A stretch of DNA of 63,900 nt, the filler included, from Octopus bimaculoides (taxonomy: Eukaryota): the NCBI RefSeq assembly GCF_001194135.2. It is 4 parts of 4 records of this genome, joined end to end, with 100 filler letters (N's around TTAATTAATTAA, not from the genome) between each part and the next. Parts side by side here need not be neighbours in the genome. Positions count along the whole stretch, not along the records: positions 30,469 to 59,550 come from NC_068991.1; 3 more parts are not named here. One strand, 5' to 3'. The notes beneath the pieces were generated by a model. The model made no database searches and was not told the origin of the DNA. It worked only from the letters and a program-made list of their open reading frames with translations. How positions within the stretch are numbered: the stretch's first letter is position 1; each line of letters opens with the position of its first letter. Positions 41,001 through 55,335 of this stretch are shown here, piece by piece. A program made the position numbers and the translations under genes.

Positions 41001-44000
41001 GAACCAGCATAAGAAAGCGACATGAAAAGATAATTGATGACAGTGGGGATGATGATAGGAATGCTTTATTGAGAAGGATATATAATCAACTGGATTAGCT
41101 GTAACATAATACTAACACTAGTTTTATTGAAAAATGTCACCAAGGTTCAGATTTGAACCCAGAAACTAAGGATGTGGGGCTTAGCATTGTTATGTTTTTA
41201 ACTCATTACTCTACCTTTGAGCTAGCACCGCACCAATGCAGTCAGCTCAGTTCAATAATAATTATATATCTATTTATTTATTTATTGCCCATGTGGGGCT
41301 AAACATAGAGGGAAGAAACAAGAACAGACAAAGGGATTAAGTCGATTACATCGACCCCTGTGTGTAACCAGTACTTGTTTTTATTTGACCCCAAAAGGGT
41401 GAAAGGCAAAGACGACCTCCGTGGAATTTGAACTCAGAACGAAATACTGGCAGATAAAATACTGCTAAGCATTTCGCCCTGCGTCCTAATGATTCTGCCA
41501 GCTCATCGCCCTAATATATAATAATTATATATTTATTGTCAATATATGTGTGTGTAATCATCATTTAATGTCTCTTTTTCCATGCTGGCATGGGTTGGAT
41601 GGTAATATTAAAACAACATTGATTTATACACAGTATGAAAATTAACTCATATGCAATTAAAACAACTTTGATTTATATTCCGTATTAAAACAACATTAAG
41701 CCATATACAGTCATCATCATTTAACATCCGTTGTCCATGCTGGCATGGGTTAGATAGTTTGACCAGGGCTGGTAAGCTGAGGGTTTGTACCAGACTCCAG
41801 TCTGATTTGGCATGGTTTCAACGGCTGGATGTCCTTCCTAATGCCAACCACTCCGAGAGCATAATGGGTGCTTTTATGTGCCACTGGCATGAGTGCCAGT
41901 TGTGTGACACCAGTATCTGCCACAACTTTGATTTCACTCAGCTTGATGGTACTTCTTCCCAAGCAGTATTAAATGCGTATCAATTTATATACAATATTTA
42001 AACATTGATCCATGCACAATATCAAAACATCATTGATTTATATGAAATATTAAAACAACATTGATGCATATAAAAACATTATTCAAACAACAAACATAAA
42101 TACATGATAGTATATCTCCATCTATATCCATTGCTATCCATCTGCTATTCCCCTTTCACACTCTTGTGAACTTACTTGTTCCTTCACTCTGTCCAATCCT
42201 TTGGACTACTCTTATGTTCACCTTCTTCTAACTTAAGGGTATGCCCTGATGCCTCTTCGCCATCTTTTCTCCTTTTCCTGCTGGATTAGCTATGTATCTT
42301 CTCCACTGCAAGACACTTGTTTATGTCCCTCTAGCATACTTTAACCTCTCATCACTTTGCATAAAACCACCTCCCTCAATACTAAGCCCCACTTAGTTGA
42401 GTGGTCTTGTCTTGCAAGTTACGTGCTGACATCATTAGTGCCAGTACCACATAAAAGGTGCCCATTACACTCTGTGAAGTGGTTGGCACTAAGAAAGGCA
42501 TCCAGCCATAGAAACCATGCCAAAACAGTCATTGGAGCTTGGCTCACTCCTCTGGCCTGTCAGCTCCTATCAAACAATCTAACCCATGCCAGTATGGAAA
42601 ACAGACATCAAACAACAACAATGTCAATGATGATGATGGTGGTATAAAATGTAACTTGTTTGAGACAAAGCCTACAATTGCTTCTACCCTGAAGAAGACA
42701 AATATTTTTATGAAATACAAAAATGAAAAGTTTGTTATTTAAAATTTCAATTTATTTTGTTTAATATTTGCAGTGTAAAAAATAAAGCAGCGCTGATCAA
42801 GTCAAGGCTAAAGAACCTTTATGAAGAAGAAAGAAGCTCTAAGAAGCGGAATGCCAAAATTATGCGACGTCTAAATAATATGGAACTTTCTCTTGAAGAT
42901 TTGCTGTCTTGTTCCGATAAACTGAAACAATTAAAGGTAAAGCAGTGGTGGTGGTGCATACAATGGTAATGCATACCATGGTGATGCACGCAATGGTTGT
43001 GTGGTTAAGGTGCTAGACTACTAGCCATACAGCTGCAACTATTGTTTTGTACTGCAAAGCAAGACAACTAACTCTGGTTACTGCACTTTGCTTTTGACTG
43101 ATCTAAAGGAAAACGATAACATTCTCTTCTCTGCATCACAACTGAATGTTTAGCTGCAGAGAAGGCCGCTATCCAACTATAGAAACACTTGCTGCAGTAG
43201 ATCCATCTCAATCATGAATGTAAATCTCTATGTCACTTGATAGTCTTTTTATGGAGAGAATATATATATATATATATTCCAAGATGGTGCTCCAGCATTG
43301 CTGTAGTCAAATGACCGAAACAAGTAAAAGAATATATAGACTGTTATGAGGTTCTTGCTATTCACAATTACATTAGAAATGTTCCAACAATATAATACAT
43401 CACTAAGTGAAGTACTAGTTATACTCACTAATGTAATGTGCATATGAGAATAACCATCATAGTTTTTCCCTACATGCCCATTAAAGCTGTTATAACAAGT
43501 CTTCTATTGTAATAGCTTGTGAGACTTTTGCTCATCTGTCACTCATCTTATTGTCATGTTCCATATGGCTAGTCTAAGTGTTTATTTTGCAGGTTGATTG
43601 CAGAAAGATAATTGCAAGAGATTATCCAAACTGGAAACAATATGCTAATGAGTTGGAGAAGCAAGTGATGTTATTTTGTCATGGGAGGAATCCTGAGCTT
43701 AACCAAAACCAACCAACTGATGTGGCAGCTACAGAAGGATTTCCAAGACAGAGGGACAACAAACTTGAAAGTAAATCCTATTTTGGTCAGTACCAACCAA
43801 ATGTGGTGGTAACATCAGAAAAATTTCAAGGACAGGCAAACAACAGATATGATCCTGAGGTTGTGCCAGTTAAGCAGAATTATGACGGGGATCATCTATT
43901 AATGCAATGTAATGAATATCATCTGCAAAATCCCAATAGTGTAGTCACACCAAATGGTTTTGAGGTAAGCTATTTTCATCATCATCATCTCATCATCATC

Positions 44001-44938
44001 ATCATCATCATCGCATTAACGTTCACTTTTTTCGTGAATGTGTCAGTGGTACGTAAAAAGGACCATCCAAATGTGGTCGATGCCAGTGCACCCTGACTGG
44101 CACCTGTGCCAGTGGTACATAAAAAGCACCATCTGAATGTAGTTGATGCCAGTGCCCCAACTGGCTCCCATGCTAATGGCATGTAAAAAGCACCATCCAA
44201 ATGTGGTCGAAGTCAGTGCCCCGACAGGCTCCTGTGCCAGTGGCATGTAAAAAGCACCCTCTACACTCTCGGAGTGGTTGGCGTTAGGTAGGGCATCCAG
44301 CTATAGAAACATTGCCAGATCAAATTGGAGCCTGGTACAGCCCACTGGCTTGCCAGACCTCAATCAAACCATCCAACCCATGCCAGCATGGAAAGCGGAC
44401 GTTAAACAATTATGATGACTTACCATTCTATATATTTCAATTAACAATAATTATTTTCATTTCCCTCTCCCAGTTTTTCCTGTCAGAAGTAAATGTACAC
44501 ACTTACAAAGAGAAGCGGCCCAACTATACTCGGTCTAGTTTAGAGATGCCCTCCAGATATCCACAAGTTTCAAAGCACCCAGATGGAACTGTATCGTTTT
44601 TAGGTGAAGCAAAAGAACAACTTATTAAAGCTGATAATGTTCAATTTATTAAGCAGGGAGTGAAAGAACAAGATGCTGCACAGACAGACAGGCCACCAAT
44701 TATATCAAAAGTAAAAGGTAAAACAGTTCATTTTATGTATTTGGTTTTGCAAGGTTTTGATGCAAATTTATGTTGAAACAGATTTTGTTTTATCTTTGGA
44801 GGGTCATCATGCCAATAATAAACACACACGCACACTGGTTCTACATCACTTCTTTCATTATTATTAGTCAATTAATTCACCATTTACCCAGTAGCTTTGT
44901 GCCAAAATTTGAAACTGTTATTATCATCATCATCATCA

Positions 44939-44970
<32 letters not shown>

Positions 44971-47900
44971 GAGAAGGCAATGAGTTAGCAGAATATATAC
45001 ATGCCAGACAAAATGCTTATGAGCATTTTTTCCATCTTTCCCTGTTCAAATTCTGCTGAAGTCAACTTTGCCTTTCATTTTTTTGTGGGGGCCGATAAAA
45101 TAAGTACCAGTTGAGCACTGGGGTCAATGGAATCAACAAGCCCCCTCTCCAAAATTTCAAACCTTGCGCCTCTAGTTGAAAGAATTATTATTATCATGGA
45201 GGTGCAATGTTAATGTGCATGTACAACAGAGTATAAGTATATTGAGAATAAAATTTAGCCAGAAGTGGCATCAAATGTGATGTGCAGGAGAGATGATTGT
45301 GCTTGTATGGCCATGTGATGCATATGGATGAGGAAAGTTGCATAAAGAAGCGCTGATCTTTAGCTGTGGAGGGAACCTGTGTTAGAGGTAGACCCAGAAA
45401 GATATGGGACAAAGTGAAGCATGATCATCATCATCGTTATCATTAAATCAAGGAATCTTGAGTTGAATACCCTGACCCCTAAGCCATGTGCCTCAATTGC
45501 AATTAATATATTCTTTTCTACTCTAGGCACAAGGCTCGAAATTTTGGGGGAGGGGGCCAGTACGCCACTGGTAATTAATTTATCAACCCCGAAAGGATGA
45601 AAGGCAAAGTCAACCTCAGCGGAATTTGAACTCAATGTAAAGACAGACGAAATACTGCTAAGCATTTCGTCAGGTGTGCTAATTGCAATTAATATATTGG
45701 AGTGCAAAAAGGCAGCAAGCTGGCTTAACCATTAGCATGCCAGACTTGTCTGTCTTTAACTTCTAATTTCAAATTCCACCAAGGTTGACTTTCTCTTTTA
45801 TCCTCTCGGAGTCGATAAATTAAGTATCAGTCAAGCAGTGGGACTGATGTAATTAAAAGTTGGTAAAGTTACCTTATCAAGTCATATCGACTCATAAGGG
45901 TCAGTTTCCCGGTTTCCATGGAGTATATATTCCCCACCTGGACGGGATGCCGGTCTGTCACAGGATGACTCATTTTTGCCAGCTGAGCAAAATGGAGCAA
46001 TGTGGAATGAAGCGTTTTGCTCAAGAATACAATGTATCACCTGATCCAGGAATCGAAACCGCAATCTTACGATCATGAGTCCAACACCCTCACCACAAAG
46101 CCGCATGCCTCCATGATTGATGTAACTGACTTACCCCCTGCCCCAAAATTGCTGACCCTGTGCCAAAATTTGAATCCAATATACTGGTGCGCAGTCCAAT
46201 CAATAGTATTCTCTTGCCCTGTGAAAATTTTACTTGTGCTTTATCAAAATTAATCAATAATGCTGTATTATTTTTAATCAAATTTACATAAAGCTCCTGA
46301 GCTGTTGAAGTCTGTATCTTTCAAAATGATGCCAGAAGTCAAGAGTACAAGTGCCTTTGAGAAGAAAACAGATTTTGCAAGTTTACAGATGCTACATCAT
46401 AAAGATAAGGTGAGATTTTATATAAAAATTTTACTGTGATGTTTGTAGAATGGATCTTTGTCTTAGACTTTTGTTCTAATTCCATTCACGTCTTGGATAC
46501 TTTAAGGAATATTAAATCAACCTAATTCCTGGTTGGTATATTATATTTACTGAGTTCAGAAGGGTGCATAGCAAAGGGGTTAAGGACTAAAATGGGTTAT
46601 TGATTATAGGATCATGGTTTTTAAATCATTACCAGTGCAACCGTTAGTGGAGGCGCAATGGCCCAGTGTTTAGGGCAGCGGACTCGCGGTCATAGGATCA
46701 CGGTTTCGATTCCCAGACCGGGCGTTGTGAGTGTTTATTGAGCGAAAACACCTAAAGCTCTACGAGGCTCCAGCAGGGGATGGTGGCGAACCCTGCTGTA
46801 CTCTTTCACCACAACTTTCTCTCACTCTTACTTCCTGTTTCTGTTGTGCCTGTAATTCAAAGGGTCAACCTTGTCACACTTTGTGTCACGCTGAATCTCC
46901 CCAAGAACTACGTTAAGGGTACACGTGTCTGTGGAGTGCTCAGCCACTTGCANNNNNNNNNNGGGCGTTGTGAGTGTTTATTGAGCGAAAACACCTAAAG
47001 CTCTACGAGGCTCCAGCAGGGGATGGTGGCGAACCCTGCTGTACTCTTTCACCACAACTTTCTCTCACTCTTACTTCCTGTTTCTGTTGTGCCTGTAATT
47101 CAAAGGGTCAACCTTGTCACACTTTGTGTCACGCTGAATCTCCCCAAGAACTACGTTAAGGGTACACGTGTCTGTGGAGTGCTCAGCCACTTGCACGTTA
47201 ATTTCACGAGCAGGCTGTTCCGTTGATCGGATCAACTGGAACCCTCGACGTCGTAAGCGACGGAGTGCCAACAACAACAGTACAACCGTTAAGTGGTAAG
47301 CTGATAGAACTGTTAACGTATTGGAACAATTGTTTTGCTGCACTTTTGCCAGCCTTTACATTTTGTGTTCAAATACCACCAAAGTCAGCTTTGCCTTTCA
47401 TCATTTCGGGATCGATAAAGTAAATACCAGTTAAGCATAGGGTTGCTGTAATTGACTTCCTTCACCTAATATTGCTGACCTAGTGCCATAATTTAAAACC
47501 ATTATTACTGCAGCTGTTGTGCTGAGCCTTTGGGCAAGGAACACAACTCTATATGCCTTAGTGTGAGTGATTGACAAGAACAGGTTCTGCTGCTATGTTA
47601 GCTGTAGGAATAGCACCCAGTTATAAGAACAGCTGTGTCAATAGTATGCAAATATAATAAGTTTTCTAAATACCTCTCTAAGCTACTTTGAACTGGTAGA
47701 TATAAAACAAGAAAATAAAACAAGTTTTCCAAGATCTCTGGTTTATTTGTATAATGTTACCTTTTAGTAATTTTGTATCAATTTATATTTTTACTCTTTA
47801 CTCTTTTACTTGTTTCAGTCATTTGACTGCGGCCATGCTGGAGCACCGCCTTTAGTCGAGCAAATCGACCCCAAGACTTATTCTTTGGAAGCCTAGTACT

Positions 47901-48007
47901 TATTCTATCAGTCTGTTTTGCCGAACCGCTAAATTACAGGGACGTAAACACACCAGCATCGGTTGTCAAGCGACGTTGGGGGGTCAAACACAGACACACA
48001 AACATAT

Positions 48008-48038
<31 letters not shown>

Positions 48039-49156
48039 CACATATATACGATGGGCTTCTTTCAGTTTCCGTCTACCAAATCCACTCACAAGGCTTTGGT
48101 CGGCCTGAGGCTATAGTAGAAGACACTTGCCCAAGGTGCCACGCAGTGGGAATGAACCCAGAACCATGTGGTTGGTAAGCAAGCTACTTACCACAAAGCC
48201 ACTCCTGCGCCTGTGCAATCACTGAAGTTAATGTTAGCATGAGTTGGTATTTAGAGTGTCCAGTTAAAATTCTGTATTATTAAAACTGGACGAAATGCTT
48301 AATGAGATTCCATCTGTCTTTACATTCTCAGTGCAAAATCCCCACGGGTCAACACTGCCTTTCATCCTTTTGAGGTTGATGAAATAAGTACCAATCAAAC
48401 ACTGAAGTTGATGTAATCAGCTTCCCCCTCCCCTCAAAAGCTGCTAGCCCTGTGCCAAAATTTGCAACCATTATTATTAAAATTGCTATTAGGGCGGTAA
48501 GCTGGCAGAATCTTTAACAAACCAGACAAAATGCTTAGCAGCATTTCTTCTAGATTTATATTCTGAGTTCAAATGCCACTGAGGTCTACTTCACTTTTTA
48601 TCCCCTGAGGGTCAATAAAATAAATACTAGTTGAGCACTGATGTCATGTAATCAACTTCCCTTCCCCTCAAAATTGCTGGTCTTATGCCAAAAATTAGAA
48701 AGAATTATTAAAATTGCTGTTGATATTTATATTGTTGATGTGTTTCTAATCTTAGAACGATGAAATGTCTGCAGAAGGCCAGAGTTCAGACAAGCGAAGA
48801 CTAAAACCAGATCTCAGCAAACTTGAGCTAACAGGAGAATTTGATTCACAAAATTTGTATGGAGCAAATGCCAAAACGTTTACAAAAAGTCAGCCTGTGA
48901 GCGCTCCAGAAAATATTTCTGGAAATATTGCGGGGCCTGTGAGTGAGAACAAACACATTACTGATGCTGCTGCCGAGGATACTGAATTTGGTATAAACAG
49001 TCTTCCGGAGCAGTTAGTTCGTTGTCCAACTGCTACGTCTAAATCAGTTGAATCCATCAGTGATAGCTTTGGCATTGGTGAGAAAACTCATGTATTGTTG
49101 TTGTCATCATTACCTTCATTGTCATTGTTATTCTCATCAGCATTATCTCTATATCT

Positions 49157-49240
<84 letters not shown>

Positions 49241-52200
49241 ACACACAAATGTCCATGCCCAATATAAGGAGATTCAATGGAAAATTTGATGTTAAGTAGC
49301 CAGTTACCTTCTGTTAAACTAACTCAATTGCTCTGAGGATTAATCAGACTCTCTTAGATTTATTTCTACCCCAACTTGGGTGGGTGGCACTTCAAATGGA
49401 TGCTAAATCTAATGAAGCTTACTAAGACTTAACAGATCATTAAATGCATCTTGCATATCTTTATACATCTCAAAATGGTTTATATACTTGATATGGTCAT
49501 TGATTTTCAGTATCTCTGTAATTGTCTTTATATCTGGAAATTGTAAAAATTTCCAACGTTCTATATTGTGCCAATACACTGTGAGTGTTTTAATGAAAGA
49601 AACAGTAGCCTTTTTCACTATATATGAGGTTTCTGTTATTGCCCTATAAGGTCTACCAAATAAAACATGTCTGTCTTTGTTGTCAACAAATCTTTTTCCA
49701 TGTTCTTTATCAGACATGAAAGTATATATACTGTTATAAAGTGTAACAAAATGTTTAAAATAGTATCAGGAAAGATACTTCACCTCAGTTTGCAGAAGCT
49801 GCATTTGAAAAACTTCATGTGTGTGTGTGAAGGCACATGGCCTGGTGGTTAGAGTGTCACTCTCATGATCACCAGATCATAGTCTCGATTCCTAGCCAGG
49901 GCAGTGTATTCGTGTTCTTGAGCAAAACACTTCATTTTATGTTGCTCTGCAATCACACAATACACCTGTACAGACAATGTTGATTTGATGGAGGCATCGA
50001 GTGTACAGCACAAACATTCTATCACTATATTAACAAATCATCTGTGCAGGTTGATCAGCAAGAAAGTGCAGAACCCTTATCTATTGTCTGCAACAGGGGA
50101 ACCCACCATATATGTATATGTGTGTGTGTGTGTGTGTGTATATATATTGTTGTGAGTGTTTATTGAGCGAAAACACCTAAAAAAGCTCCACGAGGCTCCG
50201 GCAGGGGATGGTGGTGAACCCTGCTGTACTCTTTCACCACAACTTTCTCTCATTCTTACTTCCTGTTTCTGTTGTACCTATAATTCAAAGGGTCAGCCTT
50301 GTCACACTGTGTCACGCTGAATATCCCCGAGAACTACGTTAAGGGTACACGTGTCTGTGGAGTGCTCAGCCACTTGCACGTTAATTTCACAAGCAGGCTG
50401 TTCCGTTGATCGGATCAACTGGAACCCTCGACGTCGTAAACGATGGAGTGCCAACATAGATATAAAATATTTTTAATGAACCTATTGACTATTTGCTACA
50501 CCAGTGCCTGAAAAGTCACTGTAATGCTGTATATATATCACTGGCATTGATATATATATAGACAGGGAGATAGACAAACAACAGGTATATGTGTGTGTGT
50601 GTCTGTGTATACTGATGTAAAACTGTATATTAAATTATATCCATGTAACTCGAAACATATTTTAACCATTTGATAGGGATCAATAAAATAAGAATCCGTT
50701 TGAATTAAGCAATGAGGTTGATATGATCAAGTGTAAATAAACCTTTGAAGGTAGCATGACTGCAGTTCTCTGGACTGGAGCAAATGAAAGTATTGTTAAC
50801 AACTCATGTCTGGCACTCAGAGATTTAATTGAAAAACATTTTTTTTTTTTTTTTGACAGCCAACAGGTCATCAGAGATCAGTGATGATCCATCAGACATT
50901 AGTGACTTTGGAACCGAAGAAGGTCTACTGACAGACACGAATGATGCTGAGCTAAATGTTAAACCTGTTGATGCTGTGGCTTCTGACAGCAGCCTCTTTG
51001 GAAATGAGTAAGTTTACTATAATAAAGAAAACAAAATATTTGATCATTATTTAATGTATGTTTTCTCTACTGGCATGGGTTAGATGATTTGACTGGAGCT
51101 GGTAAGCCAGAGAGCTGCACCAGGTTCCAGTCTGTTTTGGCTTGGTTTCTATGGCTGGATGCCCTTCCTAATGCCAACAACGCTATAGAGTGTACTGGAT
51201 GTACTTTACGTGTCACTGGCACAGGTGCCTCTTAAGGAGTTTTGTATAATATCATGCTTTCGATATAAAAAAACTCCCCGATACTGCCTCTAATTCAGCT
51301 CTGTGATTCTTAACTCCTTTTAAAATGTTTGCATATTTCTGACATAATTTTACATGAAAACTTTTTGTTGTGTTCCAAACACTATCTTGTTAATCAAAAA
51401 GTTATTAAACTCCTCCAAATTCTTACTGCACATCAGTCTATCCTAAATCTGCCCAACAAACTGCCATAAAATTGCATGTGTATCCTAAATCCACATACCA
51501 AACTTTCTGAGCAAGAGGTTATCAACTGCCCTTAGTAAAAACTACAACACAAATGTATATACATAATACTAATATATTATATTTTATTATATTGTGAAGA
51601 TGGCGCTCACAAACTTTGAGTCTGAATGGTCTGACTGTGTTGCTAGATATTATTGAAGAGACTTTCCACTCTGCTAAATGGAATAAGGACAAATATTATC
51701 GCACAGTTCAAACTCTAGACAGGGGTGTACAGGATATTATCAAGTAAGTGGAAAAAAATCATCTGTCTTTCTTACACTCACTTCATTTAAATATTCTGTT
51801 TCATTATTATTTCTTGTCATCTATGATTACTCTTTCCCGGTTTCATTCAATTTGTTTTTGTGGTTGTGAGGTTAAAATAACTCCATTTGCAATCAAGTGA
51901 TCTCAGGTTCAATCTCACTGCGCATTACCTTGGACAAGTGTGTTATACACTAGTCCTGGACTGACCAATGCTTTGTGAGTGAATTTGGGTGATGGACCCG
52001 TGTGAAACCCCTTGTGTGTGTGCGCGCGCGTGCATGTGTGTGTGCTGGTGGAGGTGTGTTTCTATTTCTCCCCCTCCCACCACCTGACAACTAGTATTGG
52101 TTTGTTTATGTCCCTGTGACTTACCTGCTCAGCAAAAGGAACCAATAGAATAAGTACTGGGTTTATGAAAAAAGAAAACTAAGTTCTGGGGTCAATTTCT

Positions 52201-54626
52201 TCAACTAAACTCCTCTTCTAGGCAGTACCCCAGCATGGCCACAGTTGAATGACTGAAACGAATAAGAAAAGTTTCTTCAGACTCTTATATGTTTTTCTCT
52301 GTCTTTCCTCTGCTTTTGAAATTTTCAATTTGTGAAAAAAACAAATAATCCCTTTTTTTTTTTGTTAATCTGCTTATTTGAACAGAGCTGCAAACACTGG
52401 TAACAAAGCTGAAATTAACTTGGATCCTGTGGCCATTTCTATGCTTGTTTTCCAACAGTTATCAATTATTATCGAGAATATATCAGCCAAATGTCTTCTG
52501 CCTGATTCCTTGTTTCATTCTACCGATTGGCTTTCTCTTACGGAGAAGGATGTTATGTAAGTCTCTTTTTCCATAGATTCATTTAGAAGTAAGCAACATA
52601 AGCTAATAGCTAGGCGCAGGAGTGGCTGTGTGGTAAGTAGCTCGCTTACAAACCACATGGTTCCAGGTTCAGTCTCACTGCGTGTCATCTTGGGCAAGTG
52701 TCTTCTACTATAGCCTTGGGCCGACCAAAGCCTTGTGAGTGGATTTGGTAGACGGAAACTGAAAGAAGCCCGTCGTATATATGTATATATACTCTCTGAG
52801 TGGTTGGCGTTAGGAAGGGCATCCAGCTGTAGAAACTCTGCCAAATTAGATTGGAGCCTGGTGTTGCCATCCGGTTTCACCAGTCCTCAGTCAAATCGTC
52901 CAACCCATGCTAGCATGGAAAGCGGACGTTAAATGATGATGATGATGATGATGAGATATATATATATATATATATATGTGTGTGTTTGTGTGTCTGTGTT
53001 TGTCCCCCTAGCATTGCTTGACAACCGATGCTGGTGTGTTTATGTCCCTGTCACATAGTGGTTGGGCAAAAAAGACCAATAGAATAAGTACTAGGCTTAC
53101 ATGGAATAAGTCCCGGGGTCGATTTGCTCAACTAAAGGCGGTGCTCCAGCATGGCCACAGTCAAATGACTGAAACAAGTAAAAGAGTAACTGGCTGTGTG
53201 GTTCGGAAGCTCACTTCCCACCCATACAGTCTTGGGTTCAGTCCCACTGCACAACACATTTGGTTTCAAGTGTCTTCTACTAGAGCCCCAGACTGACCAA
53301 AACTTTGTGAGTGGAATTGGTGGACAGAAACTGAAAGAAGCCCGCTTTACACATACATACACACATGTGTGTGTCTTTGTGTTTATGTTTGTCCTCCAAC
53401 ACTGACAATGGATGTTGGTTTGTTTACATCTCCATAACTTAGCAGTCTGGCAAGAAAGATTGATAGAATAAGTGCTGAGATCTATTTGTTCTACTAAATC
53501 CTTCAATGCAGTGACCCAGCATGGTTGCAGTCCAATGACTGCAACAACTAAAAGATAGAAGATAAAAGATACAAACATTGATTTATTACTCATTAGTGAT
53601 ACAGTTGTTAATTATATGCCCATTAACTAAAGAGCTATTAATTAGACTGTCATTAATTAATTAGTTCTTACTTATGCAGTGAATGATAAACCTTGATGGC
53701 CAAATTTCATCATTCACTGCACTGCAGTTGCAAGTACACTGTTATATATGTTATGATTCTTCTTAGCTATAAGGGTTACCAAGAACCACTTCATTCAAAA
53801 GGCTCTGAAGAAGCTATGGTATGAAAGCACATTCAAGTAAGGGGTGCACAGTTCCTTACAATAGAAACAGCTGGAAGCTAATGAAAGTGATTACGTAGCT
53901 CCTGTTTTTTCCTCATTCACTTATTAATTAATATATATATAAATATATACACACACACACATATATACATGCACACACAAATATATATATATATTATTAT
54001 ATGATCGAACACCATGCATCCTTTTCCAAGTAAGTTTTATCTTAATAATTACGATGTGCATTCTTCTTCTATCTCTCCTATCTCTTCTCTGTCTATCTCT
54101 CTCCCTCTCTTGTTCTTCATCCTTTCTATTTTTCTCTCTCACTCTTTCCCTATTCTTCTCTCCCCTTCACCGTTCCTTCTCTCTCTCACTCTTCTTCCTT
54201 GATTCTCTCGTCACTGACACGTGAAGAAAGGGGATCTATCTTTCTGTCCATTTCCTTCCTAAAGAAAAGACTTGTCATTTCCTGTCTCCTCTCATGGCTC
54301 ATCCTCCTAGCATTCATAATAATTTTTCTATAGTCTTGGCTCAACAGCCCTGACTGTTTGTTTTTATTGTTTTGTTCTCACTGTCCTGTTCTTGTTAACA
54401 CTTTCACCCTCCGCAAAAAATCCCAAATTTTATTTAATTTGCTTTGCGGGAAGGACTATTTCAATGAAGCCACATATTGTCCTTACCTTCGAAACGCAGA
54501 GTAGATGAAACAGGGACAATTGATGAAGGGGTATACTCTTTATGTTGCATGTCTCGTTTCTCTGTTTGGTTTTTTCGTTGTATCACCTAACTGTCTGGAT
54601 ATTTTGCGTTCTTGTCCCATTTTGAA

Positions 54627-54706
<80 letters not shown>

Positions 54707-55294
54707 CGGCGTACATATACTTTGTTTCTTATATGTAAGTATATATTGTTGTTGTATTTTTATTTTCTCTTTAAGTTCCAGTCTTGGAAATTGTCCACCA
54801 GCAACCAGTCTATGGAAACGCCTGTTTCTTCATTTCCAATGTATTGTAAATAATAACATAATGACCGTACCAGAATTGGCAGCTGTCTTCATTCCTTCGT
54901 TGCTACACAAAGACTCGAACTACCAAGCTCAGGTAAGTTCTTATTAATAGTCATATTCTTTATGAAACAAATGCATTACACGGGCAAACATCGAAACTAT
55001 TATCATCATCATTATCATCATGACTACTACCATATGTTATTCTTGTTCTTCAGCACCACTTTATCATCATTGACATCCATCTCCATCACCATTGATATAT
55101 ATTTGTGTGTATGTGGTATGTGTGTCTGTGTGTGTTTGTGTGCATGTGTGTGTGCACATTAGTGTTTTTACAATGTTTCTTTACAAATTATTCTGTCACA
55201 TCTATTTGTATGTATATGTATGTTTGTGCAACTGTGTGTGTGAATATATCTATGCATGCCTGTATGTGTCTGTACATGTGTGTATATATGTGTG

Positions 55295-55335
<41 letters not shown>

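Noticed and set aside
46647-46720. tRNA-like sequence with A and B boxes
   Set aside because: It is the head of SINE family D and continues into the SINE body; the cloverleaf is imperfect. The same applies to the heads at 30469 and 52613.
46724-47195. About 230-bp direct duplication giving twin 61-aa ORFs
   Set aside because: Exact copies on either side of a 10-N gap indicate unmerged contig overlap within a SINE.
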